From contig JAGGWU010000187.1 in NCBI GenBank assembly GCA_021163465.1, positions 1 through 27,319 on the forward strand: a DNA stretch of 27,319 nucleotides. The letters are read 5' to 3'. How positions within the stretch are numbered: the stretch's first letter is position 1; the number at the start of each line of letters is the position of its first letter. Under the pieces are notes generated by a model. It saw only the letters and a list, made by a program, of their open reading frames with translations. It did no database searches and was not told where the DNA came from. The DNA comes from Candidatus Bipolaricaulota bacterium. Lineage in GTDB: Bacteria; Bipolaricaulota; Bipolaricaulia; Bipolaricaulales; Bipolaricaulaceae. Below are positions 7,211 to 15,917 of this stretch, one piece after another. A program made the translations under genes and the position numbers.

Positions 7211-8059
7211 ATGCAACGTTGGGTGGATTTGCACCTGCATACCAAGTGGTCCGACGGGACGTTGGACGTCGTGGCCACGGCCCGGCGGGCAAAGAACGCG
7301 GGGGCCGCCTGCATCGCCATTACCGATCACGACACCGTCGGCCCGGAGCTCCTACGCCCCCACCAGGTGATCGAGGGGATCGGGGTGATCTGTGGGGTGG
7401 AGATCAAGGCGGAGGTGGCGGGGGTGCGGGCGGAGATCCTGGGATACTTCGTCCGCCCGGGCCATCCCGCCCTGGAGGAGCTCTTTTCCCGGATGAGGAG
7501 GGCCAGAGTAGAGAGGATGCAAGCGATGATTGCCCGCTGCAACGAACTTTTGGGAACCGATATCACCTACGCAGAGGTAGCGGCCCGGGCCACCGGCTCG
7601 GTGGGACGGCCGCATCTGGCCGCGGCCCTGGTGGAGCGGGGGCTTGTGGACACCATCCGTGAAGCTTTCGAGACCTACATCGGGAACGATCGGCCTTGCT
7701 ACGTCCCCCTCCCCCGGGCAAAGAGCGAGGAGGTAATCGGTGCCATCCGGGCCGCCGGGGGGGTGGCGGCCCTGGCCCATCCCGGATTCCTGGCCATCGA
7801 AGATTGGGAAGGGGTGCTCCTGGGACTGAAGGACCAGGGCATGGAGGCCCTGGAGGTCTATTACCCCTACGAGCTCTCCACCGCCCCGGTGTACATCGGG
7901 GTCCCGGAGCTCGAGCGGCTGGCGAAGAGGTTGGGCCTTGTGGCCACCGGGGGCTCCGATGACCACGGCCCGGGTTCGGGCAAAGAGTACCTGGGGCGGA
8001 TTAAGCTCCCTTATGCCGTGGTGGAAGAGCTCGCGGCCCTCGCCCCTTCCACCGCGTGA
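7211..8059 (+). CDS. PHP domain metal-dependent phosphoesterase (TrpH/YciV-like)
   Basis: DLHLHTKWSDG, AITDHDT, GVEI, GRPHLA, LAHP, EVYY, TGGSDDHG. Confidence 0.92.
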   Translation: MQRWVDLHLHTKWSDGTLDVVATARRAKNAGAACIAITDHDTVGPELLRPHQVIEGIGVICGVEIKAEVAGVRAEILGYFVRPGHPALEELFSRMRRARVERMQAMIARCNELLGTDITYAEVAARATGSVGRPHLAAALVERGLVDTIREAFETYIGNDRPCYVPLPRAKSEEVIGAIRAAGGVAALAHPGFLAIEDWEGVLLGLKDQGMEALEVYYPYELSTAPVYIGVPELERLAKRLGLVATGGSDDHGPGSGKEYLGRIKLPYAVVEELAALAPSTA

Positions 8060-8871
8060 CGGAGGGCCGTCATGGCCACCTCAAGTTGTGCCTCATCCGG
8101 CTCCCGGGTGGTGAGCCGCTGAAGAAGTAGCCCCGGAAGGAGCAAGGGCTTGAGCAGAGGAAAGTTCGGATACTTTCCGCCCAAACGTAAGACCTCGTAA
8201 CTTATCGACACCACCACCGGCAAAAGCAGGAGCCTCCCCACCACCCGGATCCAGAAAACCCGGCTGGGGATCAACGAGAATATCAGGATGGTCAGGACGG
8301 CGGCGAAGAGGATGAACGCGGTGCCGCAACGGGGATGGAGCGGGGAAGCCCTTTTTGCCGCCGCAAGGGAAAAGCCCATCCCCGCCTCGAACGCATGCAC
8401 CGATTTGTGCTCCGCCCCGTGGTACTGGAACAGCCGTCGTACGTCCTTGAGTAACGAGATCCCGAGGATGTAAAGGAGAAAGAAGGCGATCCGGATGAGC
8501 CCCTCGACGAGGTTGAAAAGGAGCGTTCCCTGCAAGGGCAGCCTCTCCGCCAGGAAGACGGGGAGCACAACGAATCCCCCGAAAACTAACCCCAACGCCA
8601 AGACCACCGTAAGCACCAGATCGCCCCGGGATTGGGTTTGGCCGTAGGCGATCTCCGCCGAGCGGTTGAGGGCCCGCATCCCCAACGATAGCATCTCGTA
8701 GAGCCTCACCGGCCCCCGGATGAAGGGGATATCCCGCCATTTCCCGATCCGGCGGGACGGGGAGACTTCCTCTACCACGATCTCCCCCTGGGGATTCCGG
8801 ACCGCGATCACGGCCCGATCGCCGTTCTGCATCAATACCCCTTCGATGACCGCTTGTCCACCTATGGGCAT
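8011..8871 (-). CDS. DUF1385 domain membrane protein (YqhQ-like, predicted metal-dependent enzyme)
   Basis: IGGQAVIEGVLM, PFIRG, EGLIR, FQYHGAEHKSVHAFE, HPRCGTAF, LQRLTTREPDEAQLEVA. Start placed at ATG 8871. Confidence 0.92.
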   Translation of the reverse strand: MPIGGQAVIEGVLMQNGDRAVIAVRNPQGEIVVEEVSPSRRIGKWRDIPFIRGPVRLYEMLSLGMRALNRSAEIAYGQTQSRGDLVLTVVLALGLVFGGFVVLPVFLAERLPLQGTLLFNLVEGLIRIAFFLLYILGISLLKDVRRLFQYHGAEHKSVHAFEAGMGFSLAAAKRASPLHPRCGTAFILFAAVLTILIFSLIPSRVFWIRVVGRLLLLPVVVSISYEVLRLGGKYPNFPLLKPLLLPGLLLQRLTTREPDEAQLEVAMTALRHAVEGARAASSSTTA

Positions 8872-9003
8872 CCTACCACCGGAATACCAGACTAGCCGTT
8901 TCACCGCGGGCGATCAAATCCGCTTGGCCGTGTCCCGGCAACCTTGGGATTTCGCGGTAGCAAAGTTGAGGCATGGGGCCAACACCGGTATCTTTCTTTT
9001 ACG

Positions 9004-10305
9004 ATGAAGGCCTGTGTTCTCACCTGGGGCTGCCAGCTCAACGCGCACCGCTCCGAGGAGATCGAGGGAGTGCTCCAGGCGGCCGGCTACGAGATCGTTG
9101 CCCGCCCCGAGGAGGCGGACGTGGTGGTGCTCAATACCTGTATGGTCCGCCAGCGGGCGGAGGACAAGGTAATCGGTCGCCTCGGGGAGCTGTGGCACCT
9201 CAAAAAGAGGCGTCCCCTCATCATCGGGGTAGGGGGTTGTATGGCCCAGGGAAGGAGAGAGGAGCTCCTCAAGTACCCGGCGGTGGACTTTGTCTTCGGA
9301 TCCGCCAACGCTTCGGAGATCCCCGCGCTCATCGCGCGGTCCCTGCGGGGGGAGCGGCCGGTTTCCCTCCCCTACCCCGATAGGATCGAGCACCTCCCCG
9401 TAAGGCGCAGGAGCTCCTTTCAGGCCTATGTGACCATCGCCGAGGGATGTTCGCATTCTTGCGCTTATTGTATCGTCCCCTTCGTCCGTGGCCCCATGCG
9501 TTCCCGCCCCATGGAGGAGGTCCTGGAGGAGCTGCGGGGGCTCGCGGACGCGGGCTATAAGGAGGTAACCCTCCTCGGACAGAACGTGGACGCCTATGGC
9601 CTGGACCTCCGGGACGGGACGAACTTCGCCCGGCTTCTACGGGAAGCGGCCAGGATCCCCATCCCCCGCATACGGTTCACTTCCTCCCATCCGGCATACA
9701 TGACAGAAGAGACCATCGCTGCCATCGCCGAAGGCGAGAACATCTGTGAGCACGTGCACCTCGCGGTGCAGTCGGGGAGCAACAGGGTCCTCCGGGCCAT
9801 GCGCCGGGGCTACACCAGGGAGAGGTTCCTGGAAATAGTGGAACGGCTCCGGGCCGCGATCCCCGGCGTGAACATCACCACCGACGTCATCGTGGGTTTC
9901 CCTGGGGAAACCGAGGAGGATTTCGCCGAGACCCTTTCTCTGATCAGGGAGGCCCGCTTCGGCACGGTATACGTGGCCATGTACTCCCCCCGGCCCTACA
10001 CCGCGGCGGCAAAGCTCCCCGACGATGTGCCCCAAGAGGAAAAGAGGCGGCGCCTGGAGGCGGTGTTGGAGGAGACACGCCGGATCGCACAGAACATAAA
10101 CGAAGAGAAGCTGGGAAAGGTGGAGGAGGTATTGGTGGAAGGATACCTGGAGAGCAAGGGCCTTTACCACGGCAAAACCAGGGACATGCGGACCGTCCTC
10201 CTTCCCGGGGACGAAGGGATGGTGGGCGAGTTGGTATGGGTTAGATTCGAGCGGGCCACCTCCGGAGCCCTGTACGGTGAACCTGTCAAGGAGCCGGTGG
10301 CATGA
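9004..10305 (+). CDS. miaB: tRNA-2-methylthio-N6-dimethylallyladenosine synthase MiaB
   Basis: TWGCQLN, LNTCMVR, GGCMAQ, EGCSHSCAYCIVP, LLGQNVDAYG, RIRFTSSHP, HLAVQSGSNRVL, TDVIVGFPGETEEDF, YSPRP, C-terminal TRAM domain. Start placed at ATG 9004. Confidence 0.93.
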   Translation: MKACVLTWGCQLNAHRSEEIEGVLQAAGYEIVARPEEADVVVLNTCMVRQRAEDKVIGRLGELWHLKKRRPLIIGVGGCMAQGRREELLKYPAVDFVFGSANASEIPALIARSLRGERPVSLPYPDRIEHLPVRRRSSFQAYVTIAEGCSHSCAYCIVPFVRGPMRSRPMEEVLEELRGLADAGYKEVTLLGQNVDAYGLDLRDGTNFARLLREAARIPIPRIRFTSSHPAYMTEETIAAIAEGENICEHVHLAVQSGSNRVLRAMRRGYTRERFLEIVERLRAAIPGVNITTDVIVGFPGETEEDFAETLSLIREARFGTVYVAMYSPRPYTAAAKLPDDVPQEEKRRRLEAVLEETRRIAQNINEEKLGKVEEVLVEGYLESKGLYHGKTRDMRTVLLPGDEGMVGELVWVRFERATSGALYGEPVKEPVA

Positions 10306-11270
10306 TCCTCACCGTTACCCTTAATCCCACCCTGGACAAGTTCTATTGGGTGGATCGTCTCCCCCTGTCCCTGGAGCGGGCGGAGGAGGAGATCCTCATC
10401 CGTGCCCGCAAATCGAGCTCCAGCGCCGGGGGCAAGGGGATAAACGTCTCGGTGTTCTTGGCCTGCATGGGGGTGGAGACGGTGGCCATGGGTTTCCTAG
10501 CGGGCCATACCGGACAGATAATCCTCCGGGATCTCCTCGAGCGGGGCGTGACGGCCAATTTCGTTTGGATCGAGGGAGAAAACCGGACCAACATCACCGT
10601 TATCGAGAAGGGAAAGGAGTACCACCCGGTGAAGATCCACGAGGAAGGCCCCCGCATACCTACCCATGCCCAGGAGATTTTCCTCAAGAAATACCGGCGG
10701 ATGCTGAAGCGGGCCGAATACGTGGTATTGGCGGGGGCGATCCCGCCCGGGATATCCGAGACGGTCTACAAGGAGCTCGCCCAGGAGGCGGGGAGGGCCG
10801 GGGTGAAGGTGGTGGTCCATGCCGGCAGGCGGCCCCTATGGGAGGCGGTCAAAACCGGCCCCTTCTTCGTCAAACCCGACGTCCGTGAGGAGCTTGTGGT
10901 GGGGGATATGCCTGTACGTACCGAAGAGGAGATCATCGCCGCGGGGAAGAAGGCGGTGGAGTACGGGTGTCAGGCGTGCCTCATCTCTCACCACGTCACC
11001 GGGGACATCCTCATAACCCCGGAGGGGATTTGGGAATACGAGGCCGAGGTTCCCCTCACCAAGTTCAAGAACCTGGTGGGAGCCGATGACGCCCTGGTGG
11101 GAGGGGTCCTTTTCCGGCTGACCAAGGGGGATGACCTTTTGGAGGCGGTGAAGTTCGGGATGGCGGCGGCCCTGGCCTCCGCGGAGGTGGAGCCCAAGTT
11201 GTGCTTGGCCCCGGCGGCGATCGAACACGAGATGCGCACCGTGGAAGTACGGCGCAAGGAGGGATCGTGA
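10302..11270 (+). CDS. 1-phosphofructokinase-like (PfkB family) carbohydrate kinase with atypical GADD motif
   Basis: MILTVTLNPTLD, AGGKGINVS, GFLAGHTG, ENRTN, LAGAIPPG, VKPD, NLVGADDAL. ATGA overlap with miaB. Confidence 0.82.
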   Translation: MILTVTLNPTLDKFYWVDRLPLSLERAEEEILIRARKSSSSAGGKGINVSVFLACMGVETVAMGFLAGHTGQIILRDLLERGVTANFVWIEGENRTNITVIEKGKEYHPVKIHEEGPRIPTHAQEIFLKKYRRMLKRAEYVVLAGAIPPGISETVYKELAQEAGRAGVKVVVHAGRRPLWEAVKTGPFFVKPDVREELVVGDMPVRTEEEIIAAGKKAVEYGCQACLISHHVTGDILITPEGIWEYEAEVPLTKFKNLVGADDALVGGVLFRLTKGDDLLEAVKFGMAAALASAEVEPKLCLAPAAIEHEMRTVEVRRKEGS

Positions 11271-11701
11271 AGGCCCGGGAGCTCATGCGGCGCGATCTCA
11301 CCTCGGTGGAGCCCGATACCTTGATCCACGAGGCCATTTACCTCATGGAGCAGGCGGGGCTTTCCACCCTCCCGGTGGTGGACGAGGAGGGGAAGTTGGT
11401 AGGGGTTATCACCGAGCACGACCTCATCCACGCCGCCCTTCCCGAGTACTTCGAGATGCTCCACTCGATCTCTTTTCTCCCCAATTTGAACCAGGTCCAG
11501 AAGCGCCTCAGGGAGATGGCGTTCAAGCCCGTCTCCGATTACATGAAGGAGGCCCTCTCGGTACGCCTGGACGACGAAGACCTCCACATCGCGGACCTCC
11601 TCATCCGCAAGCGCCTGAAGCAGATCCCGGTGGTGGACGAGGAGGGGAAGCTGGTGGGGGTCATCCGCCGTATCGATATCCTTTCGCGCCTCGTGCGCTG
11701 A
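11267..11701 (+). CDS. Stand-alone tandem CBS domain protein
   Basis: Two CBS repeats, each with PVVDEEGKLVGVI. GTG 11267 overlaps the kinase stop (GTGA); the stop overlaps the dinG ATG (TGATG). Confidence 0.9.
   Translation: MKARELMRRDLTSVEPDTLIHEAIYLMEQAGLSTLPVVDEEGKLVGVITEHDLIHAALPEYFEMLHSISFLPNLNQVQKRLREMAFKPVSDYMKEALSVRLDDEDLHIADLLIRKRLKQIPVVDEEGKLVGVIRRIDILSRLVR
11371..11665 (+). repeat. 40-bp direct repeat inside the CBS gene (copies 11371-11410 and 11626-11665)
   Basis: cccggtggtggacgaggaggggaag(t/c)tggt(a/g)ggggt(t/c)atc; 37/40 identical, and the three differences are synonymous. Confidence 0.85.
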
Positions 11702-14181
11702 TGGAGTTCTTCGCGCTGGACCTCGAGACCACGGGGCTTGATCCCCGGAAGGACGAGATCCTGGAGATCGCTTGGGTCCGGTTCTTGGAAGGAAGGCCCC
11801 GAGAGCGCTTTCAAACCTTGGTGCGTGTCGCCTTCCTCCCCAAGGAGGTCGAGGTCCTCACCGGGATCTCCCCGGAACGGCTCCGGCGGGCACCACCGCT
11901 TCCCGAGGTGCTGCCCGGGGTCCTCGGGAGGCTGGCGGGCAAGGTGGTGGTGGCCCACAACGCCCCCTTCGACCGCGCCTTCCTCCAACACGCCGCGGCC
12001 CGGTTGGGCCTTGAGCTTCCGGAGATCCACTGGGTGGACACCCTGGCCATCTCCCGGGCCATCTGGCCGGAGCGGGAAAGCCACGCCCTGCCCGCCTTGA
12101 GGGAGGTCTTGGGGCTTGAGGACCGAGAGGCCCACCGGGCCCTTCCCGACGCCGAGGCCACCGGCTACCTCTTCCTCGAGGAGCTCGCCGCCTTCCCCTA
12201 TCTTCCCGAGCCCACCCGAGCCTTCATCCTCCGCGGGGTGCCGCCCCCGGCCCGGGAACTCCTCGCGGCGGGGCGCAAGGAAGGGGGAAGGGAAAAAACC
12301 GTGCTCGAGGAGGTCTTTTCCCTCCTTTCCCGGAAGATCCCCGGATTCCAGCTGCGGAAGGCCCAACTCGGTTATGCCGCTTGGGTCGAACGGGCCCTAA
12401 GGGAAGGGGGGGTCTATCTTCTGGAGGCCGGCCCGGGAACGGGCAAGACTTATGGGTACCTCGTTCCGCTCCTTTTGGCCCCGGAGGGCCGCGCCGTGAT
12501 ATCCACCCGCACCAAAGCCCTACAGGACCAGCTTTGGCACCGGGATCTCCCGGCCCTTCGGGAAGCCCTGCGGGCCGACGTCCGGGTCGCCCTCCTGAAA
12601 GGCTTCGACAACTACCTCTGCCCCTGGGCCTTGGAGCGGGAAGGGGGTCTCTTTTCGGGGCCCCTCAGGAAGCGGATCCGGGAGTGCCTTTCCGAGGTAG
12701 AAAACCCCGAGGTGGGGGAACTCTATAAGATCTTGGGCTTCGATCCCGAGGCCCGTGCCCTGGTGGAGCGGATCCGAGCCCGCCCCCACCGCTGTCTGGG
12801 AAGGGAGTGTCCCTTCCTTTCCCGCTGTCCCCCCCGCCGCGCGCGAAGATCCGCTCAGGAGGCCGAGATCGTGGTGGTGAACCACTCGCTCCTCGTCGCC
12901 GATTTCCTCGCGGGGGGCGGGATATTGGGGGAGTACGAGGTCCTCATCGCCGACGAGGCCCACTCCCTCCCCAAGGCATTCGAGGAGGGCCTCACGCGAT
13001 CCATCTCCCCCGCCGATGTGGCCGCGCTCCTGGAGGAGATCGAGGCGATGCTCCCTCAACTCGTTCCCCGGAGGGAGCTGCGAGGGGTCTGGGCCGAGCT
13101 GCGCCGGCTCCGCGAGCGCCTCCACGCCCTCCTCCCCGATGAGCCCGCACCTTACTCCCGCAGGGAGGGGCTGCGCTTCCTCTCCGCGGCCCAGGAACTC
13201 ATCTGGAAGTTGGTGGCACTCAAGGGGGCCCTGGAAGAGGGGCTGTCCGCGCTGGAGGGGGAAGAAAAAGGGATGGCCTCCGGGGAGATCGCCGCCCTCG
13301 AGAACTTGGTTTCCGAGATGGAGTACGTGTTGGCCGCTGAGGGCGAGGAGGTATTCTGGAGCGAGAAGGACCCGGACATCCGGTTCTACGCCACCCCCTT
13401 AGAGTTCGGCGACCGCCTCGCCACGGATTTCTGGGGGCGGATACGTGCCGCGATCCTCACCTCGGCCACCCTTTCGGTGGGGGGAAGGGTCGATTTCCTG
13501 GTGCGGGAGCTCGGGCTCGGGAATGCCATCCACCGCGTCTTCCCCGCCCAAGAAAAGGAGCGTCGGGGGCGCGTGTTCCTCTTGGAGTTCTTCCCCGGAC
13601 CCAATGAGGGCGGTTACGTTTCGGCCCTGGCGCGGCTCCTTTCGGAACTTCGGGAGAGGTTCCGGCGCAAGATCATGGTGCTTTTCACCTCTCGGAAGAT
13701 GCTGCGGGCGGTACGGGAAAGGCTGCCCCAGGAGGGGGTGATATCCCAGTTGGATTGGGGCGATGCCGCACAGGCGGTGGAGGCCTTCCGGGCAATGGAT
13801 GCCCCCGCGATCCTGTTGGGATTGGACAGCCTCTGGGAGGGAGTCGACTTCCCCGGGGAGGAGCTGGAGATCCTGGTGGTGGCCCGACTCCCCTTCCCCA
13901 ATCCCGCCGATCCCCTGATAAAGGCCAAGGAGGAGAGGCTCCGCGCCCAAGGGCTTGACCCTTTCCGTGCCCTTTACCTTCCCCGGGCCGTCCTCAAGCT
14001 GGCCCAGGGGGTGGGACGTCTCCTCCGTACCCCCGAGGACAGGGGCGCCGTGATCGTGGCCGACCCCCGTATCGTTGCCCGCCCCTACGGCGAGGTCTTC
14101 CGGGCCAAACTCACCCTCCCCACAAGGACGGTGGGGGACCTGGAGGAGCTCCTCTTTGCCCTCGAGGAGGTCTTCTCATAA
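11701..14181 (+). CDS. dinG: DEDDh 3'-5' exonuclease fused to a DinG/XPD-family helicase with an Fe-S motif
   Basis: ALDLETTG, HNAPFD, HRALPDA (DnaQ-like); EAGPGTGKT, STRTKALQDQL, VVNHSLL, DEAH, LTSATL, LWEGVDFPG, RLPFP, QGVGRLLR; cysteines YLC...CLGRECPFLSRC. Confidence 0.9.
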   Translation: MEFFALDLETTGLDPRKDEILEIAWVRFLEGRPRERFQTLVRVAFLPKEVEVLTGISPERLRRAPPLPEVLPGVLGRLAGKVVVAHNAPFDRAFLQHAAARLGLELPEIHWVDTLAISRAIWPERESHALPALREVLGLEDREAHRALPDAEATGYLFLEELAAFPYLPEPTRAFILRGVPPPARELLAAGRKEGGREKTVLEEVFSLLSRKIPGFQLRKAQLGYAAWVERALREGGVYLLEAGPGTGKTYGYLVPLLLAPEGRAVISTRTKALQDQLWHRDLPALREALRADVRVALLKGFDNYLCPWALEREGGLFSGPLRKRIRECLSEVENPEVGELYKILGFDPEARALVERIRARPHRCLGRECPFLSRCPPRRARRSAQEAEIVVVNHSLLVADFLAGGGILGEYEVLIADEAHSLPKAFEEGLTRSISPADVAALLEEIEAMLPQLVPRRELRGVWAELRRLRERLHALLPDEPAPYSRREGLRFLSAAQELIWKLVALKGALEEGLSALEGEEKGMASGEIAALENLVSEMEYVLAAEGEEVFWSEKDPDIRFYATPLEFGDRLATDFWGRIRAAILTSATLSVGGRVDFLVRELGLGNAIHRVFPAQEKERRGRVFLLEFFPGPNEGGYVSALARLLSELRERFRRKIMVLFTSRKMLRAVRERLPQEGVISQLDWGDAAQAVEAFRAMDAPAILLGLDSLWEGVDFPGEELEILVVARLPFPNPADPLIKAKEERLRAQGLDPFRALYLPRAVLKLAQGVGRLLRTPEDRGAVIVADPRIVARPYGEVFRAKLTLPTRTVGDLEELLFALEEVFS

Positions 14182-14193
14182 CCTAATACCACC

Positions 14194-15864
14194 ATGTTCG
14201 TACGCTGGTCGAGGTACTTTTTGCCCACCCGCAAAGATGCGCCGGCTGAGGCGTCCCCTCGGTTGAGATTGATGCTTCGGGCAGGTCTCATCCGGCGGTT
14301 GGAACCGGGCCTTTACGGGTTCCTCCCCTTGGGATGTCGCGCCCTGGAAAAAATCGAGCGGATCGTGAGGGAAGAGATGACGGAACTCGGGGCCCTGGAG
14401 ATCCGACTCCCCCGCCTTCGGCCGGCCGCCCGTGGGAACGGGCTCGCGTCAAAGGATCTCCACCTCACAGACGGAAAGGGTCGGCGGTTCGGGCTTGGCT
14501 CAAGCCACGCTTCGGCGGCGATCTCCCTTATCGGTGGAGATGTAAACTCCTGGCGTGACCTCCCGTTGCTCTTTTGTTGCGAAGGCAGTGGATACCGGGA
14601 CACGGTCGGCTCCTGGGCACGGGAGTTCCCCTTGTACGAAGCCTTCGGCTTCTTCGCGGATCAAGGTTCGCGGGAGGAAACCCACCGATACATGCTCCGT
14701 GCCTATTCCCGGGTGTTGGCCCGATGCGGGCTTGGGTTCAGGACCGCAGAGGTACCCAATGAGGCCTCGGAGGATGGAAGTTCCCTTGCGGTTGTGGTTT
14801 TTGAGGAGGAGGGCGATGAGGAGATCGCTTGGTGTACTTCCTGCGGATACGCTGCGAGCCGGTGTCTCGCCGACGTAGGATCCCCCGGCCCACCTCCCGG
14901 TACGGAAAAGGCCCTGGAGCTCGTGGAGACTCCAGGAGTGCGTACGGTAGAGGGGTTGGTGGAGTTCCTCGGAGTGAGCCCGGCCCAGGTGGTGAAGACC
15001 TTCCTTTATGTGGGGAAAAGGGGGACTGTGGGGGTTCTCGTGCGGGGCGACCACGAGCTGGAAGAGGAGAAGCTCCGCCGGGCTTTGGGGGATCGTAGCT
15101 TGCGGCGAGTGGACGATCCCGACGAGGCACAGGCCATCGCCGGGGCTCCCTTCGGATTCCTCGGCCCCGTTGGTCTTTCGGTCCCTATTTGGGCGGACAA
15201 GGCGGTGCGGGATATCCCGGCCGCGGTGGTGGGCGGCAATCGGGAAGGGTATCACTACGTGGGCGCTAAGGCGGGCCGCGACTTCCGGGTGGAAGGGTTC
15301 CTCGACCTCCGCCGTGTCCGCGAGGGCGACCCCTGTGGCAGGTGTGGTGCCCCCCTGCGGATCAGGAAGGGGATCAGGGTGGCCGAGCTCCTTCGAATGG
15401 GGGCAGCGGGGCTCACCTTCTCGGATCGGGATGGCCGGGTGAAGCCCGTCCTGGCGGGGCAGTATTCCCTGGAGCTTCACCGGCTTCTGGAGGCAGTGGT
15501 GGAAAAGCATCATGACGACTTCGGGATCGTCTGGCCCGTGGAGATCGCTCCCTTCCACGTGGTGATCGCGGTCTTGCGACCAGACGTTCCCGAACAGATA
15601 AGGGTTGCCGAGCGGATGGCCTCCGCTTTGGGAGCCTCCGGCCTCGATGTGCTCCTCGATGACCGCGACCGCTCCCCGGGGGAGAAGTTCCACGACGCGA
15701 AGCTCATCGGGGCTCCGGTGATGTTGGTGGTGGGACATAGAGCCCTAAAGAGGGGGGAGATAGAGGCAGAGCGGCGCTGGGACGGAGCACGGGCCTCCTT
15801 TCCCGCCGAACCAACCGAGGTGCTCCATGGGGTATGGGGCCTTCTGCGCGCCGAGCGCGGTTGA
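14194..15864 (+). CDS. proS: Bacterial-type prolyl-tRNA synthetase homologue with a degenerate aminoacylation site and conserved INS editing and anticodon-binding domains
   Basis: LMLRAGLIRRLEPGLYGFLPLG, IVREEM (motif 1 region); VVKT, VRGDHEL, GFLGPV, GGN..GYHY (INS); GIVWPVEIAPFHV, VLLDDR..PGEKFHDAKLIGAP (anticodon domain). TxE loop, motif 2 loop and motif 3 are strongly altered (see findings). Confidence 0.85.
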   Translation: MFVRWSRYFLPTRKDAPAEASPRLRLMLRAGLIRRLEPGLYGFLPLGCRALEKIERIVREEMTELGALEIRLPRLRPAARGNGLASKDLHLTDGKGRRFGLGSSHASAAISLIGGDVNSWRDLPLLFCCEGSGYRDTVGSWAREFPLYEAFGFFADQGSREETHRYMLRAYSRVLARCGLGFRTAEVPNEASEDGSSLAVVVFEEEGDEEIAWCTSCGYAASRCLADVGSPGPPPGTEKALELVETPGVRTVEGLVEFLGVSPAQVVKTFLYVGKRGTVGVLVRGDHELEEEKLRRALGDRSLRRVDDPDEAQAIAGAPFGFLGPVGLSVPIWADKAVRDIPAAVVGGNREGYHYVGAKAGRDFRVEGFLDLRRVREGDPCGRCGAPLRIRKGIRVAELLRMGAAGLTFSDRDGRVKPVLAGQYSLELHRLLEAVVEKHHDDFGIVWPVEIAPFHVVIAVLRPDVPEQIRVAERMASALGASGLDVLLDDRDRSPGEKFHDAKLIGAPVMLVVGHRALKRGEIEAERRWDGARASFPAEPTEVLHGVWGLLRAERG

Positions 15865-15889
15865 CTCACACTGCGACAACAGCTATACT
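15861..15889 (+). promoter_or_regulatory. Sigma70-type promoter for the GT2-rpiB-rho-M23-murA-hflX-mscS operon
   Basis: TTGACT (15861-66), 17-nt spacer, TATACT (15884-89); AGGAG at 15904-08 before ATG 15918. The -35 overlaps the proS-like stop codon. Confidence 0.8.
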
Positions 15890-15917
15890 GAAGCGTCAAC
15901 CCTAGGAGAAAGTCCCC

